From Oscillospiraceae bacterium (GTDB taxonomy: Bacteria > Bacillota > Clostridia > Oscillospirales > Oscillospiraceae): a DNA stretch of 64,000 nucleotides. Below the pieces are notes generated by a model. It did not search any database. It was not told the DNA's origin and worked only from the letters and a program-made list of their open reading frames with translations. Positions 20,926 to 30,976 of the stretch are shown here, in pieces. How positions within the stretch are numbered: the first letter of the stretch is position 1; every line of letters begins with the position of its first letter. The stretch spans positions 21,513 through 85,512 of the forward strand of contig SVLK01000001.1 of the NCBI GenBank assembly GCA_015067975.1, in the 5' to 3' direction. A program made the translations under genes and the position numbers.

Positions 20926-21942
20926 ATGAGTAATGAAAATCAGATCATCAATGATACGATCCTTGAGATCAAGGACCTGACGGTCCATTATGTAACGGAA
21001 GATGAGACGGTGGAAGCGGTCAACGACCTGTCGCTGAAGGTTAACCGTGGTAAGTCTCTGGGTCTGGTGGGTGAGACCGGTGCCGGCAAGACCACTACGG
21101 CTCTGTCCATCCTGCGTCTGGTACCCGATCCTCCCGGACGAATCGTCAAGGGCACTGTGGAGATCAACGGTAAGGACATCTATAGCGCTACGAAAACCGA
21201 ACTGGAGCATATCCGCGGTAACGAAGTGGCTATGATCTTCCAGGATCCCATGACCGTGCTGAACCCCGTGTTCACCGTTGGTGAGCAGATCGCCGAGTGC
21301 GTGGAGATCCACGAGCTGTGCAGCAAGGCGGAGGCATGGAACCGTGCACTGGAAATGCTGGAGCTGGTCGGCATTAAGGCTGACCGCGCCAATGACTATC
21401 CCCATCAGTTCTCCGGTGGTATGAAGCAGCGCGTGGTCATCGCCATCGCCCTGACCTGCAACCCCCATCTGCTGATCGCCGACGAGCCCACCACCGCTCT
21501 GGACGTGACCATCCAGGCACAGGTGCTGGAGCTGATGAAGGAACTGAAGGAAAAGACCGGTACCGCCATGATCATGATCACCCACGACCTGGGTATCGTG
21601 GCCGAGACCTGCGACGAAGTGGCCGTGATGTACGCTGGCCGCATCATCGAGCACGGTACGCTGGAAGATGTATTCCGCAACACCCGCCATCCCTACACCG
21701 AGGGCCTGTTCAACTCCCTGCCCAATATCCATGACCGTAAGGCGGAGCTCAAGCCTATCCGTGGCTTGATGCCCGATCCTTCCAACCTGCCCAAGGGCTG
21801 CGCCTTTGCCCCTCGCTGCGAGTACGCCTGTGAGCGCTGCCATGAGGAGCGTCCTGCGCTGGTGAAGCATAGTGAGACCCACAGTGTTGCATGCCTGCGC
21901 TATGAGGAAGACGGATTCCAGATCGAAAGGAGCAAGAAATAA
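20926..21942 (+). CDS. Peptide ABC transporter ATP-binding protein (DppD/OppD-like)
   Basis: [42 protein letters not shown], Cys-rich C-terminus. Confidence 0.95.
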   Translation: MSNENQIINDTILEIKDLTVHYVTEDETVEAVNDLSLKVNRGKSLGLVGETGAGKTTTALSILRLVPDPPGRIVKGTVEINGKDIYSATKTELEHIRGNEVAMIFQDPMTVLNPVFTVGEQIAECVEIHELCSKAEAWNRALEMLELVGIKADRANDYPHQFSGGMKQRVVIAIALTCNPHLLIADEPTTALDVTIQAQVLELMKELKEKTGTAMIMITHDLGIVAETCDEVAVMYAGRIIEHGTLEDVFRNTRHPYTEGLFNSLPNIHDRKAELKPIRGLMPDPSNLPKGCAFAPRCEYACERCHEERPALVKHSETHSVACLRYEEDGFQIERSKK

Positions 21943-22904
21943 TGTCTGATGTGATTTTGGAAGTTAACCACCTGAAAAAGTATTTCAAAACCGCCAAGGG
22001 CATGCTCCATGCGGTGGACGATGTCAGCTTTTCTCTGGAACGCGGTACAACGCTGGGTGTCGTCGGTGAGTCCGGCTGCGGCAAGTCCACACTGGGCCGC
22101 TCCATCCTGCGTTTGATCGAACCTTCCTCCGGCGAGGTGAAGTTTGAAGGCAAAGATGTTGCTGCATTGAGCACCAGAGAAATGCGTGCCATGCGTAAGG
22201 AGATGCAGATCATCTTCCAGGACCCCTATTCCTCTCTGGACCCCAGAAAGACGGTTTACCAGACCATCGCCGAGCCCATTATCAAGCATAAGCTGATTAA
22301 GGACAAGGCTGCTTTGGAAGCCCGTGTGCTGGAGCTGATGGAGACGGTGGGTCTGGCGGAGCGTCTGATCAATACCTATCCCCACGAGCTGGACGGCGGC
22401 CGCCGCCAGCGTATCGGTATCGCTCGTGCTTTGGCGCTGAACCCCAAGTTCATCGTCTGCGACGAACCTGTTTCCGCGCTGGACGTGTCCATTCAGGCTC
22501 AGATTATCAATCTGCTGAAGGAACTGCAGAAGAAGATGGGGCTGACCTACATCTTCATTACCCATGACCTGAGCGTGGTGAACCACTTCTCTGATGAGAT
22601 CGCCGTTATGTATCTGGGCCAGATGGTGGAAAAGGCTCCTGCTGAAGAGCTGTTTGCCAACCCCATCCATCCCTATACCAAGGCACTGCTGTCGGCCATT
22701 CCTGTCCCCGATCTGGACCATAAGACCGAGCGCATCCTGCTGAAGGGCGAGATTTCTTCTCCCATCAACCCTGCGGATGAGTGCCGCTTCAAGAAACGCT
22801 GCTTCGCTGCCTGCGATCAGTGTAACCAGTGCGCTCCTCAGCTGGTGGAAGTATCTCCCAAGCACTTCGTGGCCTGCCATTTGGCGACCAAAGCGGAGAA
22901 CTAA
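21942..22904 (+). CDS. Peptide ABC transporter ATP-binding protein (DppF/OppF-like)
   Basis: GESGCGKST, FQDPYSSL, YPHELDGGRRQR, CDEPVSALD, HFVACH. Confidence 0.95.
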   Translation: MSDVILEVNHLKKYFKTAKGMLHAVDDVSFSLERGTTLGVVGESGCGKSTLGRSILRLIEPSSGEVKFEGKDVAALSTREMRAMRKEMQIIFQDPYSSLDPRKTVYQTIAEPIIKHKLIKDKAALEARVLELMETVGLAERLINTYPHELDGGRRQRIGIARALALNPKFIVCDEPVSALDVSIQAQIINLLKELQKKMGLTYIFITHDLSVVNHFSDEIAVMYLGQMVEKAPAEELFANPIHPYTKALLSAIPVPDLDHKTERILLKGEISSPINPADECRFKKRCFAACDQCNQCAPQLVEVSPKHFVACHLATKAEN

Positions 22905-22923
22905 ATAAACAGTAATCACCGGG

Positions 22924-22974
22924 AAACGACCGGCGGAGGGGTCGCTATACGCTTCCCACTGCCGGTCGTTTTTT
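22924..22974 (+). terminator. Intrinsic terminator after the dpp operon
   Basis: AAACGACCGGC...GCCGGTCGTTTTTT. Confidence 0.7.
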
Positions 22975-23097
22975 AGGTAAATAAAAAAGAGAATTCTGCC
23001 ACAGAACTGGGAAATGGTCTGTGGTTGCTATAGATGAGTTAGTTTGTATAGTCACTATTCAAATATCCGCGGCGATAAAAAGAGAGAAGAGGACGCC

Positions 23098-23331
23098 ATG
23101 AAACTGGAATTTGGATACGGCAACGGCATACAGAGCGTAGAAGTGCCGGAAAAGGATCTCTGTGTCTGCACAATTCGGCCCCGGATTTTCCAACCGCCCT
23201 CCTGCGTCTTCGGCAAACAACTACACCCGTCTGCAACGTATACGAGCGCTGCTGGACGAGCATCTGCGCCAAGGATAAGAACGGTCCTTACGACTGTGAA
23301 TGAATCCATCGTTTCCTCGGATCTGCCGTGA
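23098..23331 (+). pseudogene. Probable remnant of a LarA-family (nickel-pincer racemase/epimerase) gene, N-terminus only
   Basis: RBS AGAAGGA then MKLEFGYGNGIQSVEVPEKDL, which resembles LarA N-termini as recalled; sequence degenerates after about 21 codons. Confidence 0.4.
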
Positions 23332-23523
23332 GTGCTCCAGTGCTGACCGTGGTGCAGTGACTGATCGTGTCTTAGGAAACCGATTTAGAAAAACGCAAGA
23401 AATAAGGGAAAGCTTGGCGCTTTGCAAGGAAAAAACCTGTAAAAACATTGACGGGGTAGGGGGAAGTGCCATACTATAATTAAAATTCATGTGCTACGGC
23501 ACAGGAAAAAGGAGTGCAAAGTC

Positions 23524-25056
23524 ATGCAGCGAGTATTTATTTGTGGGTTTCATCAGGAAACGGCTTCTTTTAATCCCATCCCCAGCACTTGGGAAGATTA
23601 TACCCGCCGCTGTGCCGGTGTTGGTCAGGAACTGATCGACCATGTCCGCGAAGGCGGTGCAGCCCGTGAGAGCGCCTATGGTGCGATCCTTGGCGGAATG
23701 TTGGACGTGGCAGAGAGCCGCGGCTACGAGGTGTTAGCCGGTATGGACATTGGCGCCTATAGCGGTGGTGCCGTACAGCAGAGCGTGGTGGATCGCTTTT
23801 TGAAGGAAAATCTGGCAATGCTGCGCGAGGCCATGCCCGTCAAGGCGGTGGTGGTGGGTCTCCACGGAGCTACTCAGTCCGATGCATCCAACGATGTGTG
23901 CGGAGATATCCTCACTGCCATCCGCGAAACGGTGGGCGAGGACGTGGTGATTGCCGCCTCCTGTGACCTGCACGCCAATGTGACGGAGCGTATGATGCGC
24001 GCCGCTGACTATATCTGTGGCTACCAGACCTATCCTCATCTGGACTTTTATCGCGTGGGCAGTCGTGCCGCCCGTCTGGCGCTGGATAAGGTGGAGGGGA
24101 AAGGACCCAAGATGGCATGGGTCACCCTGCCTCAGATGGCTCCCGCCCATGGTTATACCACGGAAAAGGGTGGACTGAAAAAGCTGATGGACCGTGCTCA
24201 TGCCATGGTGGATGCCGGTGAGATCGTGGACTTCTCCATTTTCCAGGTGCAGCCCTGGTTGGATGTGGACAAGTCCGGCTCCACGATTTTGGTGGCAGCT
24301 TGTGATGAGGCTAAGGCTATTTCCGTAGCTGCGGACCTGGCCGCCGAGGAATTTTCTTTGCGAGAGGAACTGCAGGGACCCAAACTGTGGACTATTGATG
24401 AGGTGGTACAGGCCACCATCGATAACAAGGAAGATAAGCCCGTGGTGCTGGTGGACTCCTCCGACTCCCCCGGCGCCGGTTCTCCCGGCGACAGCGCCGA
24501 AGTGCTGAAGTATCTGCTGCCTTATCGCGACACGCTGCGTGCTGCCGTGACCGTGGTGGATGTAGCTGCCGTGGAGAAGGCCTACGCTCTCGGTGTGGGC
24601 GGCCGCGCTGATTTCGTGCTGGGCGGCACTGTGGCGCCCAGTCTTAGTGCTCCTGTGGAAGTGAAGGACTGCGTGGTCAAGAGCCTGCACAACGGCGAAT
24701 TTGTGCTGGAAGGTCCTGCCAGCCGCGGAGCCAAGAGTAATATGGGCCCCGCTGCCGTGTTGCAGGCCGGCCAGCTGATGATCCTTGTCAACCACGCCGG
24801 CGGCAACTGCAAGGATCCCCAGTTCTACCGCAGCGTAGGCATTGAACCCACTCTGTGCCGTTTGGTGGATGTGAAGGCTTGTACTTCCTTCCGCGCCGCT
24901 TATGAGCCCATCAGCGCCATGATCTGCAACACCATTACGCCCGGTGCCGCCGGTGTGGAGCTCAGGGCACTGCCTTTCAAAAATATTCCCGCGCCCTTCT
25001 ATCCTTTCCAGGAGACCACGGAAGACATGATCCCTACCCCCGTCTGCCTGCGATAA
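23524..25056 (+). CDS. M81-family (MlrC-like) metallo-amidohydrolase, paralog 1
   Basis: HQETASF, LHGA, ASCDLHANV, YQTYPHLD, QPWLDV, SDSPGAG..GD, GIEP; ATG 23524 with AAGGAG RBS. Confidence 0.9.
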   Translation: MQRVFICGFHQETASFNPIPSTWEDYTRRCAGVGQELIDHVREGGAARESAYGAILGGMLDVAESRGYEVLAGMDIGAYSGGAVQQSVVDRFLKENLAMLREAMPVKAVVVGLHGATQSDASNDVCGDILTAIRETVGEDVVIAASCDLHANVTERMMRAADYICGYQTYPHLDFYRVGSRAARLALDKVEGKGPKMAWVTLPQMAPAHGYTTEKGGLKKLMDRAHAMVDAGEIVDFSIFQVQPWLDVDKSGSTILVAACDEAKAISVAADLAAEEFSLREELQGPKLWTIDEVVQATIDNKEDKPVVLVDSSDSPGAGSPGDSAEVLKYLLPYRDTLRAAVTVVDVAAVEKAYALGVGGRADFVLGGTVAPSLSAPVEVKDCVVKSLHNGEFVLEGPASRGAKSNMGPAAVLQAGQLMILVNHAGGNCKDPQFYRSVGIEPTLCRLVDVKACTSFRAAYEPISAMICNTITPGAAGVELRALPFKNIPAPFYPFQETTEDMIPTPVCLR

Positions 25057-25098
25057 AGCGCGTTGCAAAATCATATACGGATAGCCAGTGGCTTTCGG

Positions 25099-25145
25099 AA
25101 TACAACAAAAGCAGCTCCACCAGGTGGGGCTGCTTTTGTTGTATT
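25099..25145. terminator. Bidirectional terminator
   Basis: AATACAACAAAAGCAGCTCCACC-A-GGTGGGGCTGCTTTTGTTGTATT. Confidence 0.8.
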
Positions 25146-25238
25146 TCATCGGTAGACTGTTTCACCGCGCATGGAGGCACGATCAATGTCAGATCTATAT
25201 GGAGTCAGTGAGGACCATCCGTTTGCGGGTAATACAGA

Positions 25239-26165
25239 CTATGCCAAAAAGCCTTTGAGGATGGTATCCTCCGCCTCTTCGGCGGTCAGACCCAGTGTTT
25301 CCAGCTTCAGCAGCTGGTCGCCGGCGATTTTACCGATCGCCGCCTCGTGGATCAGCTGTGCATCAGGATGGTTGGCGGCGATCTCCGGAATGGCGCGGAT
25401 CTTGGCCTCGCCCATAATGATGGAGTCGCACTGCACATGACCGAAGCAAGCGGCGTTGCCCACTACGCGCGGGTAGAACAGCTGCTCGGACTGATCCTGT
25501 GCCACGGAGCGGGAGATAACGCGGCCTTTGGCGTCCTCGCCATTGAGTACGATCTCCATCTCGCTGATGGCTTCCTGCTTGCCGTGGGTCAGCAGACGCT
25601 CAGTAATGACGATCTCGCTGCCCGCCTCGCACACGATCTTGGTGTCGCGCTTGGTGGAGTCGATACCACGGATCTGTACCGTATCCATCTGCATGGTGGA
25701 ATTTTCGCCCAGATGCACGATGGTCTGGGGATTCATCACGTTGGTGCCTTCCCCCTTTTCGTTCAGCTCGCCGTAGTGTTTCTCGGCATAGCGCACGCGG
25801 GAATTCTTTCCCACGTAGAAAGCGTGTACGCCGTCATGGCGGGATTCGTTGCAGCCGGTGTTGTGGATGCCGCAGCCGGCGATGATCTCCACATCGCAGT
25901 CATCACCGATAAAAAAGTCGTTGTAAACCATTTCGCTCAGACCGCTCTTGGTGATGACCACGGGGATGTGACACACTTCGCCGCGGGTGCCGTCCTTAAT
26001 GCGGATGTCAATGCCGGGCTTGTCCTCTTTGTTGGTGATTTGGATATTCTCTGTGCTCTGGCGCGCCTCGCAGCCGCTGTCCTTGCGGATATTGAACGCG
26101 CCTACAGGTTTGCCGGTAAGATCGGCGATCTTTTCCAGCAGCTTGGCGTCGATATCAGTAATCAT
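25239..26165 (-). CDS. SufB/SufD-family Fe-S scaffold (short, SmsB-like)
   Basis: beta-helix repeats, AGCGIH, GHVQCDSI, LIHEAAIGKIAGDQLLKLETLGL; start ATG 26165. Confidence 0.88.
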   Translation of the reverse strand: MITDIDAKLLEKIADLTGKPVGAFNIRKDSGCEARQSTENIQITNKEDKPGIDIRIKDGTRGEVCHIPVVITKSGLSEMVYNDFFIGDDCDVEIIAGCGIHNTGCNESRHDGVHAFYVGKNSRVRYAEKHYGELNEKGEGTNVMNPQTIVHLGENSTMQMDTVQIRGIDSTKRDTKIVCEAGSEIVITERLLTHGKQEAISEMEIVLNGEDAKGRVISRSVAQDQSEQLFYPRVVGNAACFGHVQCDSIIMGEAKIRAIPEIAANHPDAQLIHEAAIGKIAGDQLLKLETLGLTAEEAEDTILKGFLA

Positions 26166-26899
26166 TTGTTTTCCTCCTTGTCCAGAACGGGGCAGCCGCC
26201 CATGGTGTTGGCCAGAATCAGGGGGAAGATCTCTTCGGTGGTGCCGCGGTGGGCAATGCCGCCGTTTGCCACCACCACGATCTCGTCGGCCAGCTGGATG
26301 ATGCGCTCCTGATGGGAGATGATGATCATCGTGGCCTCCTGCTGGCGATGAATCTGCTCGAAGGTTTCTGTCAGCCGTGCAAAGCTCCACAGGTCGATAC
26401 CGGCCTCCGGTTCGTCAAAAATCATCAAAGAACTGTTGCGGGCCAAAATCGTGGCAATCTCAATGCGTTTGACTTCGCCGCCGGACAGACTGACGTCCAC
26501 CTCACGGTCCAGATAGTCGTTGGCGCACAGACCGACCTTGGTCAGATACTGGCAGCAGCGGTCCTTGCTCAGTTTTTCCTCGCCGGCGGAGAGCAGCAGC
26601 AGATCATGCACTGTAATTCCCTTGAAGCGGGGAGGCTGCTGGAAACCGTAGCTGATGCCCAGCTTGGCTCGCTCAGTAATGGTCAGGGCGGTAATATCCT
26701 GCCCATTGAAGAGCACCTGTCCGGACGTGGGCTGTACCAGACCCATGATGATCTTAGCCAGCGTCGTCTTGCCGCCGCCGTTAGGGCCGGTAAATACGAT
26801 CAGCTTGTTGTCGGGGATTGTGATGCTGACATCCTTCAAAATGTCCGTGACCCCTTCGGGGGTGGACACACTAAAATGAATATTCTTTAACTCCAGCAT
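26162..26899 (-). CDS. SufC-like ABC ATPase (SmsC-like)
   Basis: GPNGGGKTT, FQQPPRFKG, SLSGGEVKRIE, FDEPEAGIDL, C-terminal GCP; overlaps the sufB-like start. Confidence 0.88.
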   Translation of the reverse strand: MLELKNIHFSVSTPEGVTDILKDVSITIPDNKLIVFTGPNGGGKTTLAKIIMGLVQPTSGQVLFNGQDITALTITERAKLGISYGFQQPPRFKGITVHDLLLLSAGEEKLSKDRCCQYLTKVGLCANDYLDREVDVSLSGGEVKRIEIATILARNSSLMIFDEPEAGIDLWSFARLTETFEQIHRQQEATMIIISHQERIIQLADEIVVVANGGIAHRGTTEEIFPLILANTMGGCPVLDKEENK

Positions 26900-27120
26900 G
26901 GAATTGTCCTCCTTGCGGTTGATCTATCCTTAGTATAACAGGTGCTTTTGCAACGAAATGTTGCATTTACAACTGATATGAAAAATTTGCCGCATTTTCG
27001 CAGCATTGCTATTTTAACAGAATCTGTAGCGGAAAGCAACGCTTTGCGGCGCTTTTTCCACATCCGCGCACCGAAACAGGGCACTGCACATAGTATAACA
27101 TGAGAAAGGAGTGTTCAGTC

Positions 27121-27681
27121 ATGGAAAAGGAAATGCAAACGGACTATCAGCAGTGGGATCGGGTGTGGCAGAGGGTGGCACCACAGCTGGACCCCTATCC
27201 GGAAGTGCGGCAGGCAATGGCGCTGCAGAATCCTGTCCGACAGGAACAGGACTGCTGTCTGCACCAGGGGGATATGGGGCAGGCAGAACTGATTCGAGGG
27301 TTGATTGAGGAAGAACTGGAAGACCGCCGCACCTATTTGGCTTATGCCCGCTGTGCCCCTAATGTTGAAGGGCGGCGCGTGCTGCGTCAGCTGGCCGTGG
27401 AGGAGCAAAGCCATGCCCGGCGACTGATGGGCATCTATTACATTATGACAGGAGAATGCTATCACCCGGCCGTCTGTACAGCAAAGGCGGAGTTGCTGCC
27501 TTGGTGTCAAATGCTGCGCCACCGCTATCATGCGGAGAGCTACGGTGCCGACCAATATCACCGTATGGCACAGGAAACGCAGGATGTGTGTTTAAGAAAA
27601 TGCTTTGAGCAATTCTCTGAAGATGAGTTCCGTCACGCAGCGGCGCTGCTGCGGCTGTTGGAGGGGAATCTACTTGCATAA
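27121..27681 (+). CDS. Ferritin-like (rubrerythrin-fold) protein, possibly sporulation-associated
   Basis: Paired E..EExxH motifs (EELED...EEQSHA; ESYG...DEFRHA); upstream AC-N17-CATAGTATA resembling a sigmaK promoter. Confidence 0.7.
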   Translation: MEKEMQTDYQQWDRVWQRVAPQLDPYPEVRQAMALQNPVRQEQDCCLHQGDMGQAELIRGLIEEELEDRRTYLAYARCAPNVEGRRVLRQLAVEEQSHARRLMGIYYIMTGECYHPAVCTAKAELLPWCQMLRHRYHAESYGADQYHRMAQETQDVCLRKCFEQFSEDEFRHAAALLRLLEGNLLA

Positions 27682-27734
27682 GAAGGCAAGCTCTGCTACA
27701 ATAACACCCAACAGATACAAAGGAGGATGCCCCT

Positions 27735-28319
27735 ATGAAAGTGTGCATCGACAGAGCGGCAGCACTGGCTGCCCTGCAGGAGTATAATAAAGAGCCCTTC
27801 CACATCCAGCACGCCCTGACGGTGGAGGGTGTGATGCGCTGGTATGCAGAAACCCTTGGCTATGGAGACGACGCCGATTTCTGGGCTACGGTAGGATTGT
27901 TGCACGACATCGACTTTGAGATGTGGCCGGAGGAACATTGTGTAAAAGCGCCGGAACTGCTGGAAAAAGCCGGCTGCAGCGCTGAATTTATCCACGCCGT
28001 CTGCAGCCACGGTTACGGTCTGTGCTGTGATGTAGCACCGGAACATCAAATGGAAAAGGTGCTGTTTGCCGCTGACGAACTGACAGGACTGGTGGGCGCG
28101 GCTGCCCGTATGCGTCCGTCCAAGAGCTGCATGGACATGGAAGTGAGCAGTCTGAAAAAGAAGTTCAAGGACAAAAAATTTGCTGCCGGCTGCTCCCGCG
28201 ATGTGATTCGCCAGGGTGCGGAAATGCTGGGCTGGGAACTGGAAGAACTGATGGAAAAGACCATCGAGGCCATGCGCTCTTGCGAAGCTGCCGTCAATGA
28301 GGCGGTTGCCGCCCTGTAA
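27735..28319 (+). CDS. HD-domain (HDIG-like) hydrolase
   Basis: HALTVEG, GLLHDIDFE, AVCSHG, LFAADELTG, KKFKDKKFAAG. Confidence 0.88.
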   Translation: MKVCIDRAAALAALQEYNKEPFHIQHALTVEGVMRWYAETLGYGDDADFWATVGLLHDIDFEMWPEEHCVKAPELLEKAGCSAEFIHAVCSHGYGLCCDVAPEHQMEKVLFAADELTGLVGAAARMRPSKSCMDMEVSSLKKKFKDKKFAAGCSRDVIRQGAEMLGWELEELMEKTIEAMRSCEAAVNEAVAAL

Positions 28320-28432
28320 AAAACACATAAATAATACCCGCTATTGTCGCAAAATGACAACAGCGGGTACTTTTTGTGGCAAATGATACAATTTGTATAG
28401 GCCCATTACAGGAAAAATTTTCAGAAAATGGA

Positions 28433-28522
28433 TTGACAATATCATAACAGTGCGCTATAATCAAGCAGAAGTTAGCTGTAGCTAACTATATGTTTTAAAA
28501 AGTGGTTAGTCTATGCTAACCA
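28433..28522 (+). promoter_or_regulatory. feoAB promoter with two GTTAG-N6-CTAAC palindromic operators (DtxR/MntR-like)
   Basis: TTGACA 28433-28438, 17 bp, TATAAT 28456-28461; GTTAGCTGTAGCTAAC 28471-28486; TGGTTAGTCTATGCTAACCA 28503-28522. Confidence 0.8.
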
Positions 28523-28546
28523 AAAGAGAGATCAGGGAGGAACAGC

Positions 28547-28768
28547 ATGAAAACACTGCGGGAGATACCTGTGGGCCGGACGGCACAGGTGGTAAAGCTG
28601 CATGGAGAAGGCCCGGTCAGACGCCGTATTATGGATATGGGCATCACCAAAGGCGTAGAGATTTATGTGCGCAAGGTGGCTCCGTTGGGTGATCCTCTGG
28701 AGATAACGGTTCGTGGTTACGAACTGAGTCTGCGAAAGGCAGATGCCGAAATGGTGGAAGTCAACTGA
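28547..28768 (+). CDS. feoA: Ferrous iron transport protein A
   Basis: RRRIMDMGITKG, RKVAPLGDP, VRGYELSLRK. Confidence 0.95.
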   Translation: MKTLREIPVGRTAQVVKLHGEGPVRRRIMDMGITKGVEIYVRKVAPLGDPLEITVRGYELSLRKADAEMVEVN

Positions 28769-28801
28769 CGGCGTAGAGATAACAGAAGTGAGGGAAACGA
28801 A

Positions 28802-30952
28802 ATGAGCATCAAAATTGCGCTTGCCGGCAACCCCAACAGCGGCAAGACCACACTGTTTAATATTCTGACCGGCTCCAACCAGTATGTGGGCAACTGGCCC
28901 GGCGTAACTGTGGAGAAGAAAGAGGGCAAGCTGAAGGGCCGCAGTGATGTGGTGATTCAGGATCTGCCCGGCATTTATTCCCTGTCCCCTTATTCCCCTG
29001 AGGAAGTGGTGACCCGCACCTATCTGGTGGGGGAGCATCCCGACGCGATTTTGAACATCGTGGATGGCACCAATATTGAGAGAAACCTCTACCTGACCAC
29101 GCAGCTCATTGATTTGGGCCATCCGGTGGTGGTAGCGGTAAATATGATCGATCTGGTACGGAAAAACGGCGATAAGATCGATTTGGAAAAGCTGAGCCGT
29201 GCTATTGGCTGCACTTGTGTGGAGATCAGTGCACTGAAAGGTGAGGGCTGCATGGAAGCGGCACAAAAGGCGGTGGAACTGGCTGAAAACCATAGTCACT
29301 GTGATATGCCCCACGTATTCAACGGAAGCGTAGAGCACGCACTGGCCCATATTGAGGAATCCATCGAGGGCAAAGTGGCGGGCAACTATCTGCGCTGGTA
29401 TGCCATCAAGCTGTTTGAGCGCGACGAAATGGTGCGTGCGGAGCTGCAGCTGGAGGAGGAAGTACTGAGCCATTTGGAGAAGCATATCTCCGACTGTGAG
29501 CGTGAGATGGACGATGATGCAGAGAGCATCATTGCTGATCAGCGCTACCGCTATATCTCCAGTTTGGTGGAGCGCGCTGTGGTGAAAAAGAGCAGCAAGC
29601 ATGCCATGAAACTGTCCGATAAGATCGACCGTATCGTGACCAACCGCGTTCTGGCGCTGCCGATTTTCGCCGGTGTCATGTTTTTGATGTATGCCATTGC
29701 CATGGGCAGTTTCCCCTTCTCCATAGGCACCATGGGTACTGACTGGGCCAACGATGTGCTGTTTGGTACATGGATTCCCGGTCTTTTTGACCGTATAATG
29801 ACGGCGCTGGGTGTCAGCGACTGGCTGTACGGCTTGATCATGGACGGCATTCTGGCCGGTGTCGGCGCCGTGTTGGGCTTTGTGCCTCAGATTCTGGTGC
29901 TGAGCCTCCTGCTGAGCATTCTGGAAGATGTGGGTTATATGTCCCGCGTAGCATTTATCATGGACCGTATCCTGCGCAAGTTTGGCCTGAGCGGCAAGTC
30001 CATTATCCCCATGCTGGTAGCGACCGGCTGCGGCGTGCCCGGTATTCTGGCCAGCCGTACGATCGAGCAGGAAAATGACCGTAAGATCACTGTCATGACC
30101 ACCGGTTTTATCCCCTGCGGTGCCAAGATGCCCATCATCGGCCTGTTTGCCGGTGCTGTGTTTGGCAACTCTCCGCTGGTGGCTGTATCTGCTTTCTTCA
30201 TCGGCATCGCCGCTGTGGTGATTTCCGGTGTGATCCTCAAGAAATTCAAGACCTTTGCCGGCAAGCCCGCACCTTTCGTGATGGAGCTGCCTACATACCA
30301 TATGCCTTCTGCCCGTAATGTACTGCGCTCTACACTGGATCGCGGCTGGGATTTTGTCAAACGTGCGCTAACCATCGTGCTGCTCAGCTCGATCGTCCTG
30401 TGGTTCCTGCAGAGCTACGGCTTTGTGGACGGCGTCTTTACTGCCGTAGAGGATAGCAACCACTCCCTGCTGGCTGCCATCGGCAGTGCCATTGCATGGA
30501 TCTTCTACCCCTTGGGTTGGGTGGGTGATATGGCATGGAAAGCAACCGTTGCCACCTTCACCGGCCTCATTGCCAAGGAGGAAGTGGTGATGACCTTCGG
30601 TACACTGTATAACTTTGCCGGCGAGCTGAGCGAAAACGGCGACGAGATCTGGGCGCTGATCGCTGCAGATTTTGGCCCTGTCCGCGCTTACAGCTTCATG
30701 ATTTTCCAGTTGCTGTGCGCTCCCTGCTTTGCTGCCATCGGTGCGATCCGTCGCGAGATGGGAAGCCGGAAATGGACATTGGGCACGGTGGCCTATATGT
30801 GCGGCTTTGCCTATGCCATCTCCCTGATCGTCTATCAAATCGGCGGCCTTTTCACTGCCGAAGCCAGTTTTGGCGTGATGACTGTGGTGGCGATTGCGGT
30901 TTTGCTGGCACTGGCCTATCTGGTGCTGCGCCGCGGTTATCAAGTGAAATAA
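28802..30952 (+). CDS. feoB: Ferrous iron transport protein B
   Basis: GNPNSGKTT, GNWPGVTVE, DLPGIYSL, NMID, GCGVP gate, FVMELPTY, PCFAAI. Confidence 0.98.
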   Translation: MSIKIALAGNPNSGKTTLFNILTGSNQYVGNWPGVTVEKKEGKLKGRSDVVIQDLPGIYSLSPYSPEEVVTRTYLVGEHPDAILNIVDGTNIERNLYLTTQLIDLGHPVVVAVNMIDLVRKNGDKIDLEKLSRAIGCTCVEISALKGEGCMEAAQKAVELAENHSHCDMPHVFNGSVEHALAHIEESIEGKVAGNYLRWYAIKLFERDEMVRAELQLEEEVLSHLEKHISDCEREMDDDAESIIADQRYRYISSLVERAVVKKSSKHAMKLSDKIDRIVTNRVLALPIFAGVMFLMYAIAMGSFPFSIGTMGTDWANDVLFGTWIPGLFDRIMTALGVSDWLYGLIMDGILAGVGAVLGFVPQILVLSLLLSILEDVGYMSRVAFIMDRILRKFGLSGKSIIPMLVATGCGVPGILASRTIEQENDRKITVMTTGFIPCGAKMPIIGLFAGAVFGNSPLVAVSAFFIGIAAVVISGVILKKFKTFAGKPAPFVMELPTYHMPSARNVLRSTLDRGWDFVKRALTIVLLSSIVLWFLQSYGFVDGVFTAVEDSNHSLLAAIGSAIAWIFYPLGWVGDMAWKATVATFTGLIAKEEVVMTFGTLYNFAGELSENGDEIWALIAADFGPVRAYSFMIFQLLCAPCFAAIGAIRREMGSRKWTLGTVAYMCGFAYAISLIVYQIGGLFTAEASFGVMTVVAIAVLLALAYLVLRRGYQVK

Positions 30953-30976
30953 AGACATTCCAAAGGAGGAACAACC

